Assembly (NCBI GenBank): GCA_965216565.1
Contig: OZ244170.1
Coordinates: 3,296,001 to 3,360,000 of the forward strand
Direction: 5' to 3'
Length of the DNA stretch: 64,000 nucleotides
Source: Bythopirellula sp.
GTDB lineage: Bacteria; Planctomycetota; Planctomycetia; Pirellulales; Lacipirellulaceae
Below the pieces are notes generated by a model. That model searched no databases. It was not told where the DNA came from and was given only the letters and a program-made list of their open reading frames with translations. How positions within the stretch are numbered: the first letter of the stretch is position 1; every line of letters starts with the position of its first letter. A program made the position numbers and the translations under genes. Of this stretch, positions 19,278 through 30,346 are shown in pieces.

Positions 19278-20711
19278 ATGCGACAAAGACTTCATTGTCG
19301 AATTCGTCTAATATCTCTAAGGAGTTTTTTCGTAGCCGTGGTTGTCTGGCAATATCTCTTGACCAAAGTGGAAGCCCAGGAGGAGAGCATAGTGCAGTGT
19401 GAAAGACAGTTGACTACTGGCGATTGCAATCACATGCTCACGAACGTCGGAGTCTGGTCCCACGATAGTGCCTGGATCTATTACGATGTGAGAAGCGAGG
19501 TTGATGGCTCAAGCTTCGATGGGCTACTTATCGAACGAATCCATGTCCAAAGTGGAAAGGTCGAGACAGTTTACCAGGCAAGCCACGGAGCGTACTGTGG
19601 TGTGGTGACTGCCAATCCTGTTACTAGCCAAATTGTATTTATTCACGGTCCCGAGTTTCCCACCAAGGAATGGAGTTACTCCGCCTGGCATCGTCGTGGT
19701 GTGACACTCCGACCTGAAGTAGAAACAACACCCACAAATCTGGATGCCCGAAATTTTGTGAGCCCCTACACTCCCGGTGCATTGCGCGGAGGTTCTCACG
19801 TCCATACTTTTAGCGGAGACGGGCTTTGGATAAGTTTCACTTATGAAGACCACGTACTGGCAACATCAGACAGCCCACGAAGCGGACGGAACCAAAGAAA
19901 TATAGGCGTCGCTGCACCCTACGGGCCCGTATTGGTCCCGAAGTCGCATCCTAGAAACCATAGCGGCTCGGCATTCAGCGTGCTAGTAACAAAGACAACC
20001 GACGCACCGCGTTCGGGGAGCGACGATATCACTCGAGCCTATAGTGATGCTTGGATTGGAAAAGATGGATATCTTGCAGTGAATGGATCACGACAGAAAC
20101 GAGCTATAGCATTCATCGGCAATGTATTGGGGGCAGATGGTATTGAAGTTCCCGAATTATTCGTAGTAGATATCCCACAGGATGTCACTCGATCTGGCAA
20201 ACATGCACTCTGCGGTACAAAACAGACAAGGCCCTATCCACCACATGGAACGGTGCAGCGCCGTTTGACTCATACAACAGAACGAAAATATCCGGGACTT
20301 GGAGCTGTTCGTCATTGGCCGCGCAGTAGTCCAGACGGTAGCAAAATAGCTTTCTTAATGCGCGACGATGAAGGCAAAACGCAGCTTTGGACTATCTCGC
20401 CGCATGGTAAAGATTTGAATCAGCTCACTCACAACGTTCTTCCGATGGAATCAGCATTCACGTGGCGGCCAGATGGCTTAGCGATTGCGTGCGTTGCGAA
20501 TCAGCAAATCTGCGAGATCCTTGTGGAGACTGGAGAAACCGTTCCGCTCATGGCCTCACCCGAACAAGGATCTTCACTTCGGCCTGAGGCAGTGGTTTAC
20601 TCACCTGATGGCACATTGATTGCCTATATGAAAGAGGTGAAATCGTTAGATGGAGCGAAGACCATCAACCATATCTTCCTGACGCGTTCTCAGTTCGCCT
20701 TAAACCGCTAA
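19278..20711 (+). CDS. DUF3748/YidR-family TolB-like beta-propeller protein
   Basis: HMLTNVGVWSHDSAWIYYDVR, PGALRGGSHVHTFSGDG..SFTYEDH, RHWPRSSPDG. Confidence 0.8.
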   Translation: MRQRLHCRIRLISLRSFFVAVVVWQYLLTKVEAQEESIVQCERQLTTGDCNHMLTNVGVWSHDSAWIYYDVRSEVDGSSFDGLLIERIHVQSGKVETVYQASHGAYCGVVTANPVTSQIVFIHGPEFPTKEWSYSAWHRRGVTLRPEVETTPTNLDARNFVSPYTPGALRGGSHVHTFSGDGLWISFTYEDHVLATSDSPRSGRNQRNIGVAAPYGPVLVPKSHPRNHSGSAFSVLVTKTTDAPRSGSDDITRAYSDAWIGKDGYLAVNGSRQKRAIAFIGNVLGADGIEVPELFVVDIPQDVTRSGKHALCGTKQTRPYPPHGTVQRRLTHTTERKYPGLGAVRHWPRSSPDGSKIAFLMRDDEGKTQLWTISPHGKDLNQLTHNVLPMESAFTWRPDGLAIACVANQQICEILVETGETVPLMASPEQGSSLRPEAVVYSPDGTLIAYMKEVKSLDGAKTINHIFLTRSQFALNR

Positions 20712-20909
20712 AACGTCAAATCTGGCGAAGCGGATCTATCTAACATTTGCAAACACTTCATCACTCTATTGTGGGCTGGCGATTTGTACGCAAGATTCTT
20801 CTCAACGGACACTGGGGATTTCGCTACATAAATCCCTTGCAGATCTCAGGTTAAGCTGATTCTTGAACTGACTACCCAGGCAAACTTTCCAGAGATATTG
20901 GTTAAATCA

Positions 20910-20959
20910 TTGACAAGCCGACCAACAGGTATTCAAATGGTGTTCTGCTGGAATACCAG
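20910..20959 (+). promoter_or_regulatory. Putative promoter (-35 TTGACA at 20910) with GntR/FadR-type operators (caGGTATTCaa; CTGGAATACCAG)
   Basis: Near-palindrome CTGGAATACCAG at 20948-20959 and a related site at 20926-20937, upstream of the GntR gene. Confidence 0.5.
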
Positions 20960-21018
20960 TCGCGTTTTAAAGTTTCTGCTCCTTTTTCACCTACTTTTAA
21001 ACCTGGAAATCGTAGTCC

Positions 21019-21762
21019 ATGACACTTTCTAAAACTGCCTATCAACACGTCCACGGTCTCATCGCTGATGGGTCTTTCGCACCAGGGGACGTTATTTCTG
21101 AGTCTGCTATTGCCAAAGAATTGGGCTTCAGCCGCACGCCAATTGGTGAAGCTTTGCGGCGGTTGGCAGATGATGGATTAGTAAAACAAGTCCCTCGTTT
21201 CGGCACGATCGTGAGGGAGATTCCTTTGAAAGAACTCATCGAACACTTTGAAGTCCGTGAAGCATTGGAAAGTTACGCGGCAGGTAAAGCAGCCGAAAGA
21301 ATTAGCGAAGATGCACTTCAAGACTTGAAAAAGATTTGCAAGAGAATCGATCAAGAAATTATTCAAGCCGCTTCTGAAGGTAAGAGTTGCATCGAAGGAG
21401 AGGCTCTTCGACGCTTTCTTTCTGCCGACATGGCTTTTCACCTGCTGATAATTTCCGCAGCGAGAAATAAGCAATTACTTAAGTTTGCTAGAAGAACTGG
21501 GAGCATCGCGGAGGTGTTCCACGCTCGCCGTGGCAGCCACACGCTGCAAAGAGTCAAAGACGCAAACACGATGCACGAAAAGATTGTTGATGCTCTCATA
21601 AAGAGAGATAGCGAGGCGGCATCAAAATTGGCAGCCGAGCATGTCCGATTCTCTGCCGCGATTTCCTCAGCAGCCGAGGAGACAGGCAGAATGAGTAATG
21701 AGCTGGCATCGCTAAGCGGTCTAGATCTTAAAAAGTTGTTTCAGGAGGAAGAGGGGGAGTAA
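21019..21762 (+). CDS. GntR-family (FCD) transcriptional regulator
   Basis: ISESAIAKELGFSRTPIGEALRRL wHTH; EVREALE, DMAFH, HEKIVDAL FCD motifs. Confidence 0.92.
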   Translation: MTLSKTAYQHVHGLIADGSFAPGDVISESAIAKELGFSRTPIGEALRRLADDGLVKQVPRFGTIVREIPLKELIEHFEVREALESYAAGKAAERISEDALQDLKKICKRIDQEIIQAASEGKSCIEGEALRRFLSADMAFHLLIISAARNKQLLKFARRTGSIAEVFHARRGSHTLQRVKDANTMHEKIVDALIKRDSEAASKLAAEHVRFSAAISSAAEETGRMSNELASLSGLDLKKLFQEEEGE

Positions 21763-21913
21763 GAGTGTGCTGGCTGTATTTTTGAATTGAGTACTCGTCT
21801 GTTACATCTAAATATCGCGACCTCTTCACGAACGTTTGAAACTTCAGTTGATTTTCCGACAAAAGGTTTGAGTTCGCAGGTACTACTAAAATCTATTTTA
21901 AGGGAGGTGGATA

Positions 21914-23095
21914 ATGAGAATATTACGGTTTGCATTTTCTTTGATCACACTGATCTGCATGAGTGAAGTTGCTTTCGCGCAACTAACAGATTCGCTAGTC
22001 AGATATTACAAGTTGGATGATGTAAGCAACTCTTCATCGGCCAGAGACGAAGTAGAGCTAGACGGCGTCGGAGTGAATGATCTGACCGTCAGCTCTAACA
22101 GCAGGAAGTCATTGCCCACCGCTGGGGTAACCGGGCAAGTTGGAACTGCTTGGGACTTCGAAAAAAACCCTACGGTTGCCGTCGGCGACTATGACAACAG
22201 TGGAGGGCCGCTTAACGGACTCGATTTTCTTGTCTGGCAACAAAATGCTGGAACATCCAATGTTTTACCAGGAGACCCTACCCCTGGCACGGTTGATAGC
22301 TCAGATCTGCTGAATTGGGAGAATCGATACGGTCTCGATCCGAATACTGCACCCCTGTTGGATGACCAAGGTTTTCCTTTGGGGCAATTCTTGGATGAGG
22401 GCAACAGTGTGTGGGATGGTACGAATGCAATCAACGGGGCATTTTTCTCCATTTGGGTAAGGCCTGAATCGCTTAATGCTGGAGTTGGTGAAGAATCACG
22501 AAATGTGATCATTAGTGAAGACAGTGCTGGCCAAGACTTCTACGTCCGTTCCACTGAAGGTGGAAAAGTCGAAATGGCCTTCGAGGGCATCGGAGAAGTT
22601 GTTACGGACAATGTGGAGCTTTCTGTCGGGCAATGGTCGCATATCTCCGGAGGCCTGATCGTCGATGACGGTTTTGAATTTACTAACACACTGATTCTAT
22701 ATGTCGACGGGGTTCAAGCAGGTTTCAATGACTTTGCATCTGTTAATACCCCAGATTCGTTTAATGACCTGACTCTAGGAATTCAAGATGACCGAGCGGA
22801 CGACATTGACGAAGTTGCAGACCCTAACAATCCGTTGCTGGGTTATTTTGCTAGAACTTCGTGGGATGGACTCATGGATGAAGCTGCGTTCTGGAGGCGA
22901 GCACTTTCATCAGCGGAGGTAGTCGACATCTATGACCGTGGAGTACTAGGTCAAGGGCTGTTAGACCCACCGCCAGTTTTAGCTCTTGCTGCAGTTCCCG
23001 AGCCAACCACTGTCACCTTGCTCGCAACGGGTTTGCTGGGATTGGTAACTATCCATTCGCGCAAGAAATCTCGTACTGGAAAGGCGTTTTCGTAG
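21914..23095 (+). CDS. LamG-like jelly-roll protein with inserted dockerin-like segment, PEP-CTERM
   Basis: Signal peptide; LVRYYKLDD, GQWSHI, LYVDG, WDGLMDEAAFWRRALS; AVPEP + TM. Confidence 0.75.
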   Translation: MRILRFAFSLITLICMSEVAFAQLTDSLVRYYKLDDVSNSSSARDEVELDGVGVNDLTVSSNSRKSLPTAGVTGQVGTAWDFEKNPTVAVGDYDNSGGPLNGLDFLVWQQNAGTSNVLPGDPTPGTVDSSDLLNWENRYGLDPNTAPLLDDQGFPLGQFLDEGNSVWDGTNAINGAFFSIWVRPESLNAGVGEESRNVIISEDSAGQDFYVRSTEGGKVEMAFEGIGEVVTDNVELSVGQWSHISGGLIVDDGFEFTNTLILYVDGVQAGFNDFASVNTPDSFNDLTLGIQDDRADDIDEVADPNNPLLGYFARTSWDGLMDEAAFWRRALSSAEVVDIYDRGVLGQGLLDPPPVLALAAVPEPTTVTLLATGLLGLVTIHSRKKSRTGKAFS

Positions 23096-23138
23096 CGCAG
23101 ATGCATTCACCTAATTTCTATTTGGAGGGATAAGACTA

Positions 23139-23996
23139 ATGAAGATGTTTGGAATTGATGCAATGGGACTATTGGTGCCCGGGGCGCTGTGTGTGAGCTT
23201 AGTGATGAGCACACCCACTTCCGCGGCACTCATCACCGACAATTTGGTTCGACACTATAAACTTGATGAGTCAGCCGGCGCGACCGAAGCCATCGATTCT
23301 ACTGGCAATAGCAATTTGTCAGAAGACAACGACGTGAACCCAGGTAAGCTTCCTGCGCCTGGAGCGACCGGTATCATCAACGGTGCCTGGGACTTCGATC
23401 GAGCCAATGGCGAATTTCTTGACGAAGGTGACGCGATCTGGGGCGGTACCATAAATGTATCAGCCTCGATTTGGCTAAACCCTGCGTCTCTCACTGCCGC
23501 CGGTTCAAATGCCTATACCGTGTTCTCCGAAGACTCCTCCTCATTTGCCAACAAAGATGCAGTAGTACAAGTATCAGATGATGGTGCTGTTACTTGGACT
23601 CTCGAAGGCATCGATTCCCTTACTTCAGCAGATGGTCTAATAACTAACGGTGTGTGGAGCCATCTTGCTGTGGTACGCAACGGAACGGATATGAGGATTT
23701 ACGTGAACGGCTCATCTGTGGCATCCAAGGCGATCAGTGGCACTACGACAGTCGATTCAGTAAATGATTTGATGCTTGGCGTTGCCGAAGATAGCGATGG
23801 ACAAGACCCCTGGGATGGATTGATGGACGACGCCGGTTTTTGGGAGCGTGCGCTAAGTCCCGGCGAAGTCTCTGCAATCTATCAGCAGGGGTTACTTGGG
23901 AACGACCTTACTGCTGTACCAGAGCCGTCAGCTTTCTTGATGCTCTGCACAGTGGGATTATTTGTCCCTTCATGGTGTAGGTGTCGCAAGGGTTAG
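23139..23996 (+). CDS. LamG-like jelly-roll protein, PEP-CTERM
   Basis: LVRHYKLDE, GVWSHLAVV, IYVNG, WDGLMDDAGFWERALS; AVPEP + TM. Confidence 0.8.
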   Translation: MKMFGIDAMGLLVPGALCVSLVMSTPTSAALITDNLVRHYKLDESAGATEAIDSTGNSNLSEDNDVNPGKLPAPGATGIINGAWDFDRANGEFLDEGDAIWGGTINVSASIWLNPASLTAAGSNAYTVFSEDSSSFANKDAVVQVSDDGAVTWTLEGIDSLTSADGLITNGVWSHLAVVRNGTDMRIYVNGSSVASKAISGTTTVDSVNDLMLGVAEDSDGQDPWDGLMDDAGFWERALSPGEVSAIYQQGLLGNDLTAVPEPSAFLMLCTVGLFVPSWCRCRKG

Positions 23997-24018
23997 GAAA
24001 GTATCACCCTGGTGACGG

Positions 24019-24062
24019 TTCGCGGGAGGCCAGGGCAGCGCCTCTCGCGAATCTTCTTTTTA
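24019..24062 (+). terminator. Putative intrinsic terminator/attenuator
   Basis: ttcgcgggaggc-N9-gcctctcgcgaa followed by tcttctttttt. Confidence 0.55.
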
Positions 24063-24083
24063 GTGTGACGAAGGAGTAGGGCA

Positions 24084-27000
24084 TTGGATGAGGTTTGGAA
24101 AGCAGCCGAACTTGTGAGAACAAGCGTGAAAGTGAAAGTTCACTTTCAGGTGTTGCTACAGCTTGGACTTATTTATTTCACTTTTTTTGTTTGTCAAATG
24201 CAGTCAACAGCAGTTGGCCAAGATTTCTCGCTTGTTCCCGGTTCGGTTATTGGCTATCGCGCTGCCACGACTGACCAATACCTTTCTTCGCCCTCAATAG
24301 CCATTTTGCCGAATGGTGACTATGTCGCGAGTCATGACCTGTTTGGTTCTGGTTTTGACGATGAAACTTCTGGCCTGACTACGGTCTACCGTTCAACAGA
24401 TTCTGGAGATTCATGGACTAAAGTGTCTGAAGTTGCCGACATGCACTTCTCATCATTATTTGTTCATGACAATGAATTATACGTACTCGGCAGCAGGCAG
24501 AGCGGCGGCGATTTTTTGATTCGCAAGTCTACCGACAACGGTTCAACCTGGACGACCCCCGCGGATCCCAACTCAGGACTAATCTTGCCCGGTAGTTTTG
24601 GCGGCACTTCGCACAACCCCGTGGTATACAACGGACGTCTTTGGGCCATGACACATGCCCAAGGTAGTCCCAAAGCACTATCTGCTCCTGTGGGATCTGA
24701 CTTACTGAAGGCAACTTCTTGGACGCTGAGCAATCATATACCTAAGCAAACAAGTGATCTGGATGGCTACCCTTTTTCCGATTTTGACCGTTGGACTGAG
24801 GCTCAGCCAGTCGCTTCGCCTGATCAAGGCGTTGTTTATTTACCGAAACTTGCTGACTCAAGATATACAGCTCATCTCCGTGCCAATTCAACCACAGGTA
24901 ATCTTACTTTTGATCGAGACAATGATTATGCGTTTATGCCAGGCGCTGAAAAGAAGTTCGGCATCTCCTACGATTCTGTGTCACAGAAATTCTGGGCTAC
25001 ATCAAATCCTGTCTTGGAAGAGCATGAAGATGACAATTCCGACATAGGTGGTCGGACCAGAAATACGGCTGCGGTTCTGTCTTCTTCGGACCTTCGCGAC
25101 TGGAAACTGGAATCTGTTTTTCTCTATCACCCGGACAGAGCATTTCATGCATTTCAATACTTGAACTTTGCGTTCGACGGCGACGACATGGCCATAGTCT
25201 CGCGAACAGCATTCGATGATGGCCTCGGTGGAGCGGACTCTTATCACGACAATAACTTCATGACATTCCACCGCGTTGAAGACTTTAGGAATCTGACACC
25301 AACGCAAGTTCTCGTAGCTGATAGTGGAAACGATCGCGTCGTGCGGTATCAGACGCTGGATGGCATGCCTTGGGCTCCGTTGGAGGACTTTGCTGCGGGT
25401 AGCTACGCAGGTGCAACCCTAGATCAGCCTTTTGGGGTATCGCAGATTGCCAATGGCGACGTCTTTATTGGTGAGCAAAAAGTGGGGGGGCGAATTCTTA
25501 GATTTGATGCTGCCGGCAATTTTTTGCAGGTCGTCGCAACCGAGGGAGTCGAGTTTACCGGTAATCCCGAAGCATTGGTGACTGGTCCGGATGGCAAACT
25601 CTATCTATCGGCGGCATTCGGTGGGGCGAATAGTGATCGCGTTTATCGGATTGATCCTGATTCTCAGCAAGTCGAACTATTCATCGACACAACATTTAAT
25701 GGGGGGAGTAAGTCGTTCGACGACCCACGGGGCCTTGCTTTTGACGATCAGGGAAATCTCTACGTTGCTGATCGCGATGGAACTGATACGGGTAGTTCGG
25801 CGCAAAACCTGGTTCGCAAGTTCAACGGTCAAACCGGAGCTTTTATCGAAAACCTGTTTGTGATCAACAAGCCGATCGGTCTCGATTGGGACGAAGCGGG
25901 TGGGGAACTCGTGCTTTCGGCGGAATCGCCCACGGAACTTCACGCATTAGGTATCAGCGGGACTTCAGCACCACTCTACACAACCGCGAGTGACTTGGGA
26001 TTGGTACTCGACCTAGAGGTTATCGATGGCACAGTCGTGTGGACCGATTTCAACAATGGAAGAATTGACAAACTAACTGGTACGGATCAACGCGAGACTG
26101 TTTCCGAAGGATTGAGTTCGCCGGGCCACTTGCTCGAAGTTACGCAACCGAATCAGCGAACTTGGACTTCCTCTAGCGATGGCCGTTGGCGTGAAGGACA
26201 GAACTGGAACTGGCTATGGGGCATCGCCAACGAATCGTCCGAAGTCGCCGTTTTCAATAGCATTGGCGGCGGATCGGTGAACGTAGAGCTGCTTGATGAA
26301 ACTATAGTAGGCGGGATTCGTTTTCACGGCTCAGCAAGCCACATCCTAATCGGAACATCCACGCTCGAAATCCCCGCAGAATCCACAGACAAATTTGTGC
26401 AAGTCGTTGGGGGCCAACACACAATTCAGACACCCCTCAAGCTCGCGAGTGGCAGTGTGATTGATATTTCGTTCGGCTCGGAACTTGCTCTAGACAATGT
26501 AACTCTTGTAACCGCCGAGAGCATAACCTTGTCGGGAGCTGGCAAGTTGGTTGTGGAGGGGTCTCTTAGCCTGAATGATTCAAGTGGACCAGGAGTTCTT
26601 GTAACAGAGGACTCTCATCTATCCGGCTCTGGCAGTATTGGTGGTAACGTCACCAACCTCAGTGGGACCGTGGGACCTGGAACGAGCGCGGGAATGCTTA
26701 CCATCACTGGTGACTACAACCAGCTTCCCGAGGCGGAGCTGCTCATCGAGATAAATGGCACGAATCATGGTGAGTTTGGTCTGTTGTCTGTCGGTGGTGT
26801 CGCAGCACTAGATGGCACTCTCTCGATCCAGTTTGGCAATCCTGTTGGCTATACACCTACAGCAGGAGATGCATTCGAGTTTGTGTCGACGGGCCTTGGT
26901 CTCGAAGGTGGATTTAAAGAGTTTGACTTACCCGCTCTTTCGGGAGATTTGTTCTGGGCACTTCAGAGTGATTCAATGACACTTACTCTCTTCATCGGGT

Positions 27001-27233
27001 CCGGAGCACTGGAGGGTGACTTTGATCAAGATGGCGATGTTGACGGCATCGACTTTCTCGCCTGGCAAAACAATCCTAGCCTTGGCACGTTGTCGAGTTG
27101 GAGCTCCAACTACGGAGCGATCGCTATTGGGTCGTTAGTCGCTGCCGCGACAGCAGTTCCTGAACCTGAGTCGTGTCTGCTGATGCTGATGGCACTTTCA
27201 GCACTCTCAATCAGAACGGAATATATGCTATGA
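24084..27233 (+). CDS. Multidomain sialidase-fold (Asp-box) protein + NHL/Vgb propeller + beta-helix + dockerin-like repeat + PEP-CTERM
   Basis: Asp boxes RSTDSGDSW and [56 protein letters not shown]. Confidence 0.75.
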   Translation: MDEVWKAAELVRTSVKVKVHFQVLLQLGLIYFTFFVCQMQSTAVGQDFSLVPGSVIGYRAATTDQYLSSPSIAILPNGDYVASHDLFGSGFDDETSGLTTVYRSTDSGDSWTKVSEVADMHFSSLFVHDNELYVLGSRQSGGDFLIRKSTDNGSTWTTPADPNSGLILPGSFGGTSHNPVVYNGRLWAMTHAQGSPKALSAPVGSDLLKATSWTLSNHIPKQTSDLDGYPFSDFDRWTEAQPVASPDQGVVYLPKLADSRYTAHLRANSTTGNLTFDRDNDYAFMPGAEKKFGISYDSVSQKFWATSNPVLEEHEDDNSDIGGRTRNTAAVLSSSDLRDWKLESVFLYHPDRAFHAFQYLNFAFDGDDMAIVSRTAFDDGLGGADSYHDNNFMTFHRVEDFRNLTPTQVLVADSGNDRVVRYQTLDGMPWAPLEDFAAGSYAGATLDQPFGVSQIANGDVFIGEQKVGGRILRFDAAGNFLQVVATEGVEFTGNPEALVTGPDGKLYLSAAFGGANSDRVYRIDPDSQQVELFIDTTFNGGSKSFDDPRGLAFDDQGNLYVADRDGTDTGSSAQNLVRKFNGQTGAFIENLFVINKPIGLDWDEAGGELVLSAESPTELHALGISGTSAPLYTTASDLGLVLDLEVIDGTVVWTDFNNGRIDKLTGTDQRETVSEGLSSPGHLLEVTQPNQRTWTSSSDGRWREGQNWNWLWGIANESSEVAVFNSIGGGSVNVELLDETIVGGIRFHGSASHILIGTSTLEIPAESTDKFVQVVGGQHTIQTPLKLASGSVIDISFGSELALDNVTLVTAESITLSGAGKLVVEGSLSLNDSSGPGVLVTEDSHLSGSGSIGGNVTNLSGTVGPGTSAGMLTITGDYNQLPEAELLIEINGTNHGEFGLLSVGGVAALDGTLSIQFGNPVGYTPTAGDAFEFVSTGLGLEGGFKEFDLPALSGDLFWALQSDSMTLTLFIGSGALEGDFDQDGDVDGIDFLAWQNNPSLGTLSSWSSNYGAIAIGSLVAAATAVPEPESCLLMLMALSALSIRTEYML

Positions 27234-28258
27234 ATCTGAGCAGTCCGAATATTCGTCGAACTCACACCGGCTTTACGCTAGTAGAACTCTTAGTGGTAAT
27301 TGCGATTATCGGCGTGCTAGTGGCACTTCTCTTACCGGCAATTCAGGCAGCTCGCGAAGCGGCTCGCCGAATGCAGTGTTCCAATAATCTTCGGCAGCTT
27401 GCCCTTGGGTTGCAAAACTATCATTCAGCTTTTAGTCAATTTCCTGCCGGAGCCATTGCGCCAAATATTCGCTTAGGGCCAACACATCCAGATAATGAAG
27501 GCTTCAACATTAGCTGGCACGCGCGTATTCTCCCACACATCGAACAGCAGAGTATTTATGAGCTAATCGATTGGACAAAGGGATATGACGCGGGCGAAGA
27601 AGCCGTGGGAGATGTAAAGCCGGTAGCTCTGCAACCAGTGAAAACATTCTTCTGTCCAAGCACTGATCCAGAATCACAACTAAGTTTATTCAATTCCTCG
27701 GCCATGTCTGACGGCACGCCGACGTACACTCAACACTACAATGGTGTGGCTGGTCCCATCATTAATCCGCCCCAGGCGGGCGAACTCTATCGCGACCCCG
27801 ATACAGACGTACTTCGAGAAAACAGAATCTCTCCCGGATGCACAGGCGCGAATCGCAGCAATTTCTCTCAGATGGGCGTCTTGTATCCGAATTCTGAAGT
27901 CAGCATCAGCCAAATGAACGATGGGTCTTCAAACACCCTGGCCATCGGTGAACGCAATCTTGGGGAAGCAGCCTGGATAGCAGGAATGAGCAATACGTAC
28001 AACTGGCCATGCGATGCTACAGGCTTCAAAAATATGGAATACACCATCAATTTCTGTAAAGAGCAATTGGGGAAAAGCAATGGTGATCCCTTTGATTGCT
28101 TCATTTATGGAAATTCGAGACCGTTTAACAGTGAGCATCCTGGTGGTGCCCAGTTTGCTTTCGCTGATGGATCTGTAACGTTCATTAGCGAATCCACGGG
28201 CATTGAGGTGCTACTGGCACTAGCGAGTCGAAATGGAGAAGAGGTCTTCGACCGTTGA
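27230..28258 (+). CDS. DUF1559 prepilin-type protein (H-X9-DG C-terminal motif)
   Basis: [58 protein letters not shown] coupling to the upstream gene. Confidence 0.92.
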   Translation: MNLSSPNIRRTHTGFTLVELLVVIAIIGVLVALLLPAIQAAREAARRMQCSNNLRQLALGLQNYHSAFSQFPAGAIAPNIRLGPTHPDNEGFNISWHARILPHIEQQSIYELIDWTKGYDAGEEAVGDVKPVALQPVKTFFCPSTDPESQLSLFNSSAMSDGTPTYTQHYNGVAGPIINPPQAGELYRDPDTDVLRENRISPGCTGANRSNFSQMGVLYPNSEVSISQMNDGSSNTLAIGERNLGEAAWIAGMSNTYNWPCDATGFKNMEYTINFCKEQLGKSNGDPFDCFIYGNSRPFNSEHPGGAQFAFADGSVTFISESTGIEVLLALASRNGEEVFDR

Positions 28259-28291
28259 AACTCTTTCGGCTCTTCGTTTGGTAGGAAAAGT

Positions 28292-28777
28292 ATGTGGCAC
28301 AAAATTAATCGAAGCTCTCACAAGACTGCGTTACAGCGGATAGCTAATGGCAATGCGTTACTTGGAATGTCTGTCTTGATGGCATTTGTCGCAGGATGTG
28401 ATGGGGGTATTGCTCAATACGAGGTGACAGGGCAACTAACTTTTGAAGGTGAACCTGTCCCGCAAGGAAGGATTATTTTCACGCCACGTACTGGTCCAGA
28501 TGGCTATGGAGCTCAAGGTGTGGCACGTGTTGACGCCGGCAAGATAATATCGCATGACGAAAAACGCATGATAGGTGGGAAGTATCAAATCCAGATCATT
28601 GGGTTTGACGGCATACCTTACCAGGATGGAAGCGGAGCAACCATTCCCTATGGACGACCCTTATTTCTTCCATTGCGAACCGAGCTTGAATTACCTACCC
28701 AGGACTCTAGTCTCCTCGTTGCAATCAGTGGGACACAGGGGAAGTATGAAGTCAACGCAGAAGTTGTAAGCGAGTAG
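28292..28777 (+). CDS. DUF1559-associated small lipoprotein (carboxypeptidase-regulatory-like)
   Basis: Lipobox VAGC; VTGQLTFEGEPVPQGRIIFTP; GKYQIQI. Confidence 0.75.
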   Translation: MWHKINRSSHKTALQRIANGNALLGMSVLMAFVAGCDGGIAQYEVTGQLTFEGEPVPQGRIIFTPRTGPDGYGAQGVARVDAGKIISHDEKRMIGGKYQIQIIGFDGIPYQDGSGATIPYGRPLFLPLRTELELPTQDSSLLVAISGTQGKYEVNAEVVSE

Positions 28778-28817
28778 TGTTTACTTATTATATTTCTGAA
28801 CATTGAAACTAATTAAC

Positions 28818-30332
28818 ATGTCACCTCTCCAGACGATAGATATCGTGGTCCTCGTTGTGTACGTCCTTGGCGTAGTCGTCTTGGGATGCTGGTTTGCACG
28901 CCGTAGTACCCAATCCGATTCGTTCATGATTGCTGGCGGTGCCTTGCCAGGCTGGGTCGTTGGCTTCTCTATTTTTGGTACCTATGTCAGTAGCATTAGT
29001 TTTCTGGCAAATCCCGGCAAGAGCTACGCAGCGAATTGGAATCCGTTTGTCTTTAGCCTGTCCCTACCAATTGCCGCCTGGATAGCGACGCGTTGGTTTG
29101 TGCCTTTCTACCGTAATAGCAACGAGATCTCTGCTTATACGCATCTCGAGCATCGTTTCGGTGTGTGGGCGCGTACTTATGCTGTCGTATGCTTTTTATT
29201 AACTCAAATTGCGCGGATCGGGACCATCCTTTATCTCGTGGCACTAGCCCTATCTCCGATGATCGGCTGGGATATTCGGACCATCATTTTGGTGACTGGG
29301 GTTCTTGTAACTGGCTACACTTTGCTAGGCGGTATAGAGGCGGTTATTTGGACGGATATGATTCAGAGCATCGTTCTCACGTTGGGAATTGTGATATCGC
29401 TAGGCGTGCTGTTTTTCCAGATGCCGGCAGGACCCTCACAAGTTTTTGAAATAGCAACGGCAGACAACAAACTAAGTCTGGGGAGTTTTGGCAGTTCACT
29501 AGCTGAACCTACTTTTTGGGTTGTATTACTCTATGGAATTACTATTAATCTTCAGAACTTTGGTATCGACCAGAGCTACGTGCAGCGATATCTAACAGCT
29601 AATTCTGAGACCTCAGCAAAACAAAGCGTTTGGCTCGGTGCTTTGCTTTATCTGCCAGTGTCGGCATTACTGTTTCTGCTTGGAACTGCCCTCTACACCT
29701 ATTATTCGGTTTCTCCCGACTTGTTGCCCTCCGCGGCAGGGGAGCTTAAACCCGATGCAATCTTTCCACACTTCATTCTGACCGAATTGCCCGCTGGCGT
29801 GACAGGGTTATTGGTTGCAGCGATATTTGCCGCCGCAATGAGCAGCGTCGATTCCAGTCTGAACAGCTCAGCAACGCTTGTCCTTTGCGACATCTACAAG
29901 AGATACTTTCGCCCGGATGCCACGGAACGAGAATCTATGGTCGTTCTCTATAGTGCGACTCTCTTTTGGGGGGTGGTTGGCACAATCGCTGCACTGGCAA
30001 TGATTCATGTACAAACCGTACTTGATGCCTGGTGGTTGCTGGCTGGAGTATTCGGCGGAGGAATACTCGGTCTCTTTCTGCTGGGACTCATGGTGCCACG
30101 ATCACATTCAAAACAAGCTGCTGTAGCAGTAGTTGTTGGGGTCTCGGTGATTCTCTGGATGAGTCTTTCTAGTGCCGATATGTGGCCTTCAGCGTGGGCC
30201 GCTTATGAAAGTCCGTTGAACGGGTTTCTCACGATAGTAGTGGGAACGTTTGCAATACTTTCTATTGGATATTTGCTAACAAAACTTAAGCACTTCCCAC
30301 GTCCAACAGATTCCGCAGAGCTTAACTCCTAA
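28818..30332 (+). CDS. Sodium:solute symporter (SSS), SiaT-like sugar-acid transporter
   Basis: SIFGTYVSSISFLANPG, AVIWTDMIQ, DQSYVQRYL, AAIFAAAMSSVDSSLNS; many TM segments. Confidence 0.92.
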   Translation: MSPLQTIDIVVLVVYVLGVVVLGCWFARRSTQSDSFMIAGGALPGWVVGFSIFGTYVSSISFLANPGKSYAANWNPFVFSLSLPIAAWIATRWFVPFYRNSNEISAYTHLEHRFGVWARTYAVVCFLLTQIARIGTILYLVALALSPMIGWDIRTIILVTGVLVTGYTLLGGIEAVIWTDMIQSIVLTLGIVISLGVLFFQMPAGPSQVFEIATADNKLSLGSFGSSLAEPTFWVVLLYGITINLQNFGIDQSYVQRYLTANSETSAKQSVWLGALLYLPVSALLFLLGTALYTYYSVSPDLLPSAAGELKPDAIFPHFILTELPAGVTGLLVAAIFAAAMSSVDSSLNSSATLVLCDIYKRYFRPDATERESMVVLYSATLFWGVVGTIAALAMIHVQTVLDAWWLLAGVFGGGILGLFLLGLMVPRSHSKQAAVAVVVGVSVILWMSLSSADMWPSAWAAYESPLNGFLTIVVGTFAILSIGYLLTKLKHFPRPTDSAELNS

Positions 30333-30346
30333 CCATAAAGAAGAAT

